Virus record (IMG/VR): IMGVR_UViG_2872198387_000003
DNA: 30,004 bases
Direction: 5' to 3' (one strand)
Source: a virus
Taxonomy: Duplodnaviria; Heunggongvirae; Uroviricota; Caudoviricetes
Shown: piece by piece, positions 25,031 to 30,004 of the stretch
How positions within the stretch are numbered: position 1 is the first letter of the stretch
Layout: each line of letters starts with the position of its first letter
Notes under the pieces: generated by a model
What the model saw: only the letters and a program-made list of their open reading frames with translations
What the model was told of the DNA's origin: nothing
Database searches by the model: none
Made by a program: the position numbers and the translations under genes

Positions 25031-25774
25031 CTACTTAACAACCCTCGAATGGCTAACATTCGGACGCCAGCTCTCCCAGTTAAAATTAACCCAGCGCCCG
25101 CCGTTCATGACCATGCGATCCATCACCCGCTCGCCGAGAAGTGTATTCATCGCTGCATGGTTAATATTTGTCAGCATCCCCACACCGCGTAACGATGCCG
25201 TCCGGCGATCAACAATCTGGTTCAGTACCACCTGCTCGTTTTTCGTATCCCGCTGCATGCCAATTTCATCCAGGACCAGCAGGTCAACACCACAAAGCTC
25301 CTGTAAAAATTTTTCACCGGATTTGCCGTTGTCGTAGCTCTCATGCAACACGCTCATGACATCGGACACGGTGACGATAATCACGCTACGCCCCTTCGCC
25401 ATCAGCCGGTTGCCAATCGCGGCTGCAAGATGATTTTTTCCGGTGCCGGGCTTACCGCTGAACACAAAATTCGTACAGCCTGTCATCAGTTCGTCAGCTA
25501 TGGATTTCGCCTGACTCAGTGCATGTCGCTGACCGTCGTTCTGCGCCCGGTAATTCGCAAACGAACACTTCCGGTGCAACGGCTGGATGCCGGAGCGGAG
25601 GATTTTTTCCACCCGCAACTGACGATTCAGGCGGTTGATCTCCTCGCAACGTTTCTGGCCTTCAGCAAGTTGCCACTCGCGCCACTCCGCAACCGTTCTG
25701 AATGGGGCGGTTACATGTGGTGGGGTCAGTCTGCGGATACGCTCCAGAACGCCTCCTGTCGCAATATTTTTCAT
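25031..25774 (-). CDS. DnaC-like replicative helicase loader (YdaV-like AAA+ ATPase)
   Basis: 247 aa with Walker A GKPGTGKNHLA and Walker B DLLVLDEIG. Confidence 0.85.
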   Translation of the reverse strand: MKNIATGGVLERIRRLTPPHVTAPFRTVAEWREWQLAEGQKRCEEINRLNRQLRVEKILRSGIQPLHRKCSFANYRAQNDGQRHALSQAKSIADELMTGCTNFVFSGKPGTGKNHLAAAIGNRLMAKGRSVIIVTVSDVMSVLHESYDNGKSGEKFLQELCGVDLLVLDEIGMQRDTKNEQVVLNQIVDRRTASLRGVGMLTNINHAAMNTLLGERVMDRMVMNGGRWVNFNWESWRPNVSHSRVVK

Positions 25775-26612
25775 GGTCTGTTACCCCCTGAAGCCTAGCG
25801 GGATCGCACTGTCCGGCAACGAGACGGTGTTAACCTGTCGGAGCAACGTCTCAGGCCGAACACCTTTCGGCGCGAACAGACCCTGGTATTCATTGGCGAT
25901 GCTGTGTCGAATCACCTGCTCAGGTGTAAAACCCTGCTGACGGAATTTTTCCAGTTCCCGTATCGCCCCGTTAGCGCCCAGCTCCGTTCGAATCGGTTTT
26001 CGCAATGCCTGCCTGAACTGGACCCACTCATGCCAGAGTGTTTCTGGCAACCAGTCGGGCAGATCAACTGACAACGGGTCAAATTTTTTCTGGCGAACAG
26101 CCCCACCGATAACCAGAATTCCCTGCTCGGTGTGCCTTGCGATATCACTGCGCCGCAAGACACATATCCCGGTTTCAACAGCACCGATTTTGAGCAGTGA
26201 TTTCTGTCGCGGAGAATTTCGGTCAAGCTCGATCCCACACCGGACACCGTTCCTGTCAGTCACGACGATATCAATCCGCCCTCCGCAACCGTCACCACGC
26301 TCTGGCACCGGATACTCACGACAGACATCCAGGCCAGCAGCCTGCAACGCAACCACCGCAGAATTACAAAATTCCGCTGCAGTACCGCCAGATAATCTCC
26401 CCTCAAGCACTCCAGCCACAAAATCCCGAAACTCCCTTCCGGAAGGGAAGGGTTTGGGATGGGTTAGATCTGTTTTTAGATCTTTATCTGTATCTTTATT
26501 AGTTGCCTTTGTGTTGGCATCTAGACTGGCCCCCTGAATCTCCAGACAACCAGTATCACTTATTTAAGTGATAGTCTTAATACTAGTTTTTAGACTAGTC
26601 ATTGGAGAACAG

Positions 26613-26978
26613 ATGATTGATGTCTTAGGACCGGAGAAACGCAGACGGCGTACCACACAGGAAAAGATCGCAATTGTTCAGCAGAGCTTTGAACCGGGGA
26701 TGACGGTCTCCCTCGTTGCCCGGCAACATGGTGTAGCAGCCAGCCAGTTATTTCTCTGGCGTAAGCAATACCAGGAAGGAAGTCTTACTGCTGTGGCCGC
26801 CGGAGAACAGGTTGTTCCTGCCTCTGAACTTGCTGCCGCCATGAAGCAGATTAAAGAACTCCAGCGCCTGCTCGGCAAGAAAACGATGAAAAATGAACTC
26901 CTCAAAGAAGCCGTTGAATATGGACGGGCAAAAAAGTGGATAGCGCACGCGCCCTTATTGCCCGGGGATGGGGAGTAA
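26613..26978 (+). CDS. insC: IS2 OrfA (InsC)
   Basis: Same 121-aa product as copy 1. Confidence 0.9.
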   Translation: MIDVLGPEKRRRRTTQEKIAIVQQSFEPGMTVSLVARQHGVAASQLFLWRKQYQEGSLTAVAAGEQVVPASELAAAMKQIKELQRLLGKKTMKNELLKEAVEYGRAKKWIAHAPLLPGDGE

Positions 26979-27841
26979 GCTTAGTCAGCCGTTGTCTCCG
27001 GGTGTCGCGTGCGCAGTTGCACGTCATTCTCAGACGAACCGATGACTGGATGGATGGCCGCCGCAGTCGTCACACTGATGATACGGATGTGCTTCTCCGT
27101 ATACACCATGTTATCGGAGAGCTGCCCACGTATGGTTATCGTCGGGTATGGGCGCTGCTTCGCAGACAGGCAGAACTTGATGGTATGCCTGCGATCAATG
27201 CCAAACGTGTTTACCGGCTCATGCGCCAGAATGCGCTGTTGCTTGAGCGAAAACCTGCTGTACCGCCATCGAAACGGGCACATACAGGCAGAGTGGCCGT
27301 GAAAGAAAGCAATCAGCGATGGTGCTCTGACGGGTTCGAGTTCTGCTGTGATAACGGAGAGAGACTGCGTGTCACGTTCGCGCTGGACTGCTGTGATCGT
27401 GAGGCACTGCACTGGGCGGTGACTACCGGCGGCTTCAACAGTGAAACAGTACAGGACGTCATGCTGGGAGCAGTGGAACGCCGCTTCGGCAACGATCTTC
27501 CGTCGTCTCCAGTGGAGTGGCTGACGGATAATGGTTCATGCTACCGGGCTAATGAAACACGCCAGTTCGCCCGGATGTTGGGACTTGAACCGAAGAACAC
27601 GGCGGTGCGGAGTCCGGAGAGTAACGGAATAGCAGAGAGCTTCGTGAAAACGATAAAGCGTGACTACATCAGTATCATGCCCAAACCAGACGGGTTAACG
27701 GCAGCAAAGAACCTTGCAGAGGCGTTCGAGCATTATAACGAATGGCATCCGCATAGTGCGCTGGGTTATCGCTCGCCACGGGAATATCTGCGGCAGCGGG
27801 CTTGTAATGGGTTAAGTGATAACAGATGTCTGGAAATATAG
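26936..27841 (+). CDS. insD: IS2 OrfB (InsD)
   Basis: Same 301-aa ORF as copy 1. Confidence 0.9.
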   Translation: MDSARALIARGWGVSLVSRCLRVSRAQLHVILRRTDDWMDGRRSRHTDDTDVLLRIHHVIGELPTYGYRRVWALLRRQAELDGMPAINAKRVYRLMRQNALLLERKPAVPPSKRAHTGRVAVKESNQRWCSDGFEFCCDNGERLRVTFALDCCDREALHWAVTTGGFNSETVQDVMLGAVERRFGNDLPSSPVEWLTDNGSCYRANETRQFARMLGLEPKNTAVRSPESNGIAESFVKTIKRDYISIMPKPDGLTAAKNLAEAFEHYNEWHPHSALGYRSPREYLRQRACNGLSDNRCLEI

Positions 27842-27858
27842 GGGCAAATCCAGCATCA

Positions 27859-27961
27859 TGTTCGAACACCACTCCAACATCTGTTTGAACACCTGTTAAA
27901 TTTCTCTCTTGTTTTGTTTGAACATCTGCTTCCTTTCTGCTTCTTCTGGCCTGAACAGATG
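27859..27961. repeat. iteron-like repeats inside the initiator gene (candidate ori)
   Basis: TGTTCGAACA (27859), TGTTTGAACA (27882) and TGTTTGAACA (27915), plus the half-site TGAACAGATG (27952). AACA(T/C)CTG extensions recur. Spacing is 23-33 bp, and each core is a near-perfect dyad. Confidence 0.5.
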
Positions 27962-28368
27962 CTTTTCCTGCGGCTGATTTTTTGGTTAATTTTTCTCTGA
28001 CAGATGCCAGATCTTCCTCAATCCGAAGATGCATCCATTCGTCGCCGTTATCACAAAAAAACTCCCGCAAGGATGGTTCAACATCAACCCATCGCTCGTT
28101 AGTCAGACGGGCAATTTTTGCCAACCTGTTTTTGGGTATTGGCTTTCCTGTTTGCCAGTAATTGAACATCAGCAACAAATACGCGCCGTGCTCCTCTGCT
28201 GACAAATGCATGGTGTCAGCCAGGTAATCAGCTATGTACAGTTGCATGTATGGTAATGCGGCCATAATTGCCCCGTATGATGCTACCCGGTTGCTTAGAA
28301 TAAGTGAGGTAGCCTGAGTTTAACGGACACTCCTTCCTGAAATAGAATGGCATCAGAAGGAGCTAATA

Positions 28369-28671
28369 ATGAGCAGAAAAACCCAACGTTACTCTAAAGA
28401 GTTCAAAGCCGAAGCTGTCAGAACGGTTCTTGAAAATCAACTTTCGATCAGTGAAGGCGCTTCCCGATTATCCCTTCCTGAAGGCACTTTAGGACAATGG
28501 GTTACCGCCGCCAGAAAAGGGCTCGGTACTCCTGGTTCCCGCACGGTGGCTGAACTGGAATCTGAAATTCTGCAACTGCGTAAGGCGTTAAATGAAGCTC
28601 GCCTTGAGCGAGATATATTAAAAAAAGCAACAGCGTATTTTGCACAGGAGTCGCTGAAAAATACGCGTTAA
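28369..28671 (+). CDS. IS600 OrfA
   Basis: Identical 100-aa product, with synonymous differences at the DNA level. Confidence 0.9.
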   Translation: MSRKTQRYSKEFKAEAVRTVLENQLSISEGASRLSLPEGTLGQWVTAARKGLGTPGSRTVAELESEILQLRKALNEARLERDILKKATAYFAQESLKNTR

Positions 28672-28706
28672 TCGAACAATGGCGACAACAATTTCCTATT
28701 GAAGCG

Positions 28707-29525
28707 ATGTGTCAGGTATTTGGTGTATCCAGGAGCGGTTATTACAACTGGGTACAGCATGAACCCTCAGACAGAAAACAAAGTGATGAGCGGCTAAAAC
28801 TGGAGATTAAGGTGGCACATATCCGCACTCGCGAAACATATGGAACCCGGCGGCTCCAGACGGAGCTGGCAGAGAATGGCATCATCGTTGGTCGTGACCG
28901 ACTGGCACGTCTTCGTAAGGAGCTGAGGCTACGCTGTAAGCAGAAACGCAAGTTCAGAGCGACTACGAACCCGAACCACAATCTGCCAGTTGCGCCAAAT
29001 CTGCTGAACCAGACGTTCGCTCCTACAGCACCAAATCAGGTCTGGGTGGCGGACCTGACGTATGTTGCCACACAGGAGGGATGGTTGTACCTCGCTGGCA
29101 TCAAAGATGTTTATACGTGTGAAATTGTCGGCTACGCCATGGGAGAGCGCATGACAAAAGAGCTGACAGGTAAAGCCCTGTTTATGGCGCTCAGGAGCCA
29201 GCGCCCACCTGCCGGGCTAATCCACCACTCTGATCGAGGTTCACAGTACTGCGCATACGATTACCGGGTCATACAGGAGCAGTCTGGTCTGAAAACATCA
29301 ATGTCGCGTAAAGGTAACTGTTACGACAACGCTCCGATGGAAAGCTTCTGGGGAACGCTGAAAAATGAGAGCCTGAGCCACTATCGTTTTAATAACCGGG
29401 ATGAAGCCATCTCAGTAATACGGGAATACATTGAGATTTTCTACAATCGTCAGCGTCGTCACTCTCGTCTGGGGAATATCTCCCCGGCAGCCTTCAGGGA
29501 AAAATATCATCAGATGGCTGCTTAA
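28707..29525 (+). CDS. IS600 OrfB
   Basis: Identical 272-aa ORF. Confidence 0.9.
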   Translation: MCQVFGVSRSGYYNWVQHEPSDRKQSDERLKLEIKVAHIRTRETYGTRRLQTELAENGIIVGRDRLARLRKELRLRCKQKRKFRATTNPNHNLPVAPNLLNQTFAPTAPNQVWVADLTYVATQEGWLYLAGIKDVYTCEIVGYAMGERMTKELTGKALFMALRSQRPPAGLIHHSDRGSQYCAYDYRVIQEQSGLKTSMSRKGNCYDNAPMESFWGTLKNESLSHYRFNNRDEAISVIREYIEIFYNRQRRHSRLGNISPAAFREKYHQMAA

Positions 29526-29568
29526 AAAAAGAACAAATGGTAGTGTCCGCTATTGCCAGTACACCTCA

Positions 29569-30004
29569 GGACGCCTGCATCAAAACGTTCAGAAACGACA
29601 TCGGTCAAACCATAATCAATGGTAAGCTGAATATCAATTTCAGGATGCGATTTCAGGAATGTGCGCATGGCTGGTAACAATATCGTTTTTGCTGCATGTT
29701 CTACAGTAGTAATACGTATTGTCCCGGATGGGCGGTTCTGCAGATCGCTCAGGGATGTCAGGGCAGAATCTATGTCATGCAATATAGGGCCAAGAACAGA
29801 CAAAAGATGCTCGCCCGCTTCAGTGGGTACAACGCTGCGCGTGGTTCGCGTCAGAAGCCGCAATCCCAATCGTTCTTCTATACGGCGCACTATCTGGCTT
29901 AAAGCTGACTGCACCATGCTCAGGCGGGCTGCTGCGCGAGTGAAGCTACGCTCCTCTGCAACGACGACAAACGCCATCAGATCAGCGATTTCTTCACGCT
30001 TCAT
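29569..30004 (-). pseudogene. LysR-family transcriptional regulator, truncated by IS600
   Basis: MKREEIADLMAFVVVAEERSFTRAAARLSMVQSALSQIVRRIEERLGLRLLTRTTRSV... has an HTH followed by the start of the substrate-binding domain. After ...SERFDAGV the frame runs into IS600. The ATG is at the window edge. Confidence 0.8.

Larger units (their letters stand above)
26522..27852 (+). mobile_element. IS2 copy 2, simple insertion
   Basis: 1331 bp with a 5-bp direct repeat GCATC (26517-26521 and 27853-27857). Confidence 0.95.
25781..28265 (-). pseudogene. replication initiator (YdaU-like, DUF1376 N-domain), interrupted by IS2
   Basis: MAALPYMQLYIADYLADTMHLSAEEHGAYLLLMFNYWQTGKPIP... (27853-28265) continues in frame after the IS as ...ANTKATNKDTDKDLKTDL...AGVLEGRLSGG... 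(25781-26516). The original protein was 382 aa. Confidence 0.8.
28305..29568 (+). mobile_element. IS600 copy 4, no target duplication
   Basis: 1264 bp in the opposite orientation to the other three copies. Flanks are AAG and GGA. Confidence 0.95.

Noticed and set aside
25781-26537. Overlapping ORFs 25912-26247 (minus), 26130-26537 (plus) and 26197-26502 (plus) inside the initiator gene, and the plus-strand ORFs 25107-25940 inside the dnaC-like gene.
   Set aside because: They are antisense or out-of-frame shadows of well-supported genes, with no independent start signals.

Overview
This window looks like Shigella-type (E. coli lineage) chromosome that has been heavily reworked by insertion sequences. 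All family names below come from reading the translations and from memory; no database was searched.

Layout, left to right:
- 1-2.2 kb: core genes yebW and pphA. pphA is split by IS600 and also carries a premature stop.
- 2.2-6.1 kb: an AT-rich ipaH effector islet with a perfect MxiE box. It sits back-to-back with a tail-fibre-assembly gene, a tail-fibre 3' stub and IS debris.
- 6.1-11.7 kb, plus strand: the early-left operon of a Rac-like lambdoid prophage. It holds a DicF-like sRNA, a structured RNA in front of a frameshifted rha, IS2, kilR, ydaE, racC and a truncated recE.
- 12.9-16.4 kb: a tyrosine integrase broken into three pieces by IS911 and an IS3-family element. It starts just downstream of a tRNA-Gly. 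It is followed by a perfect 23-nt T7 RNA polymerase promoter and T7-group-like end repeats.
- 16.4-28.3 kb, minus strand: the replication, nin and late-control region of the prophage. In transcription order: ydaU-like initiator::IS2, dnaC-like loader, small nin-type genes, HNH, DUF551, hok/mok/sok, IS1, DUF1367, ybcO-like, Q, a pR'-tR' leader, a second copy of the structured RNA, ant::IS600, and four tightly packed tRNAs.
- 29.6-30.0 kb: a LysR-family regulator gene truncated by IS600.

Mobile elements: 4 x IS600, 2 x IS2, IS1, IS911 plus a 61-bp IS911 end, one IS3-family element and unclassified IS remnants.

Most interesting observations:
- The T7 promoter, repeat block and integrase remnant look like a nested T7-like integrative element or satellite.
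- Two diverged copies of a c4/CI-type antisense RNA module show covarying stems. In each, the loop-to-Shine-Dalgarno complementarity also covaries, in front of two different antirepressor-type genes.
- A candidate iteron origin lies inside the initiator gene and is cut by IS2.
- A four-tRNA array reads A-ending rare codons.

No CRISPR array, rRNA gene, stx gene or cI/cro immunity region was seen.
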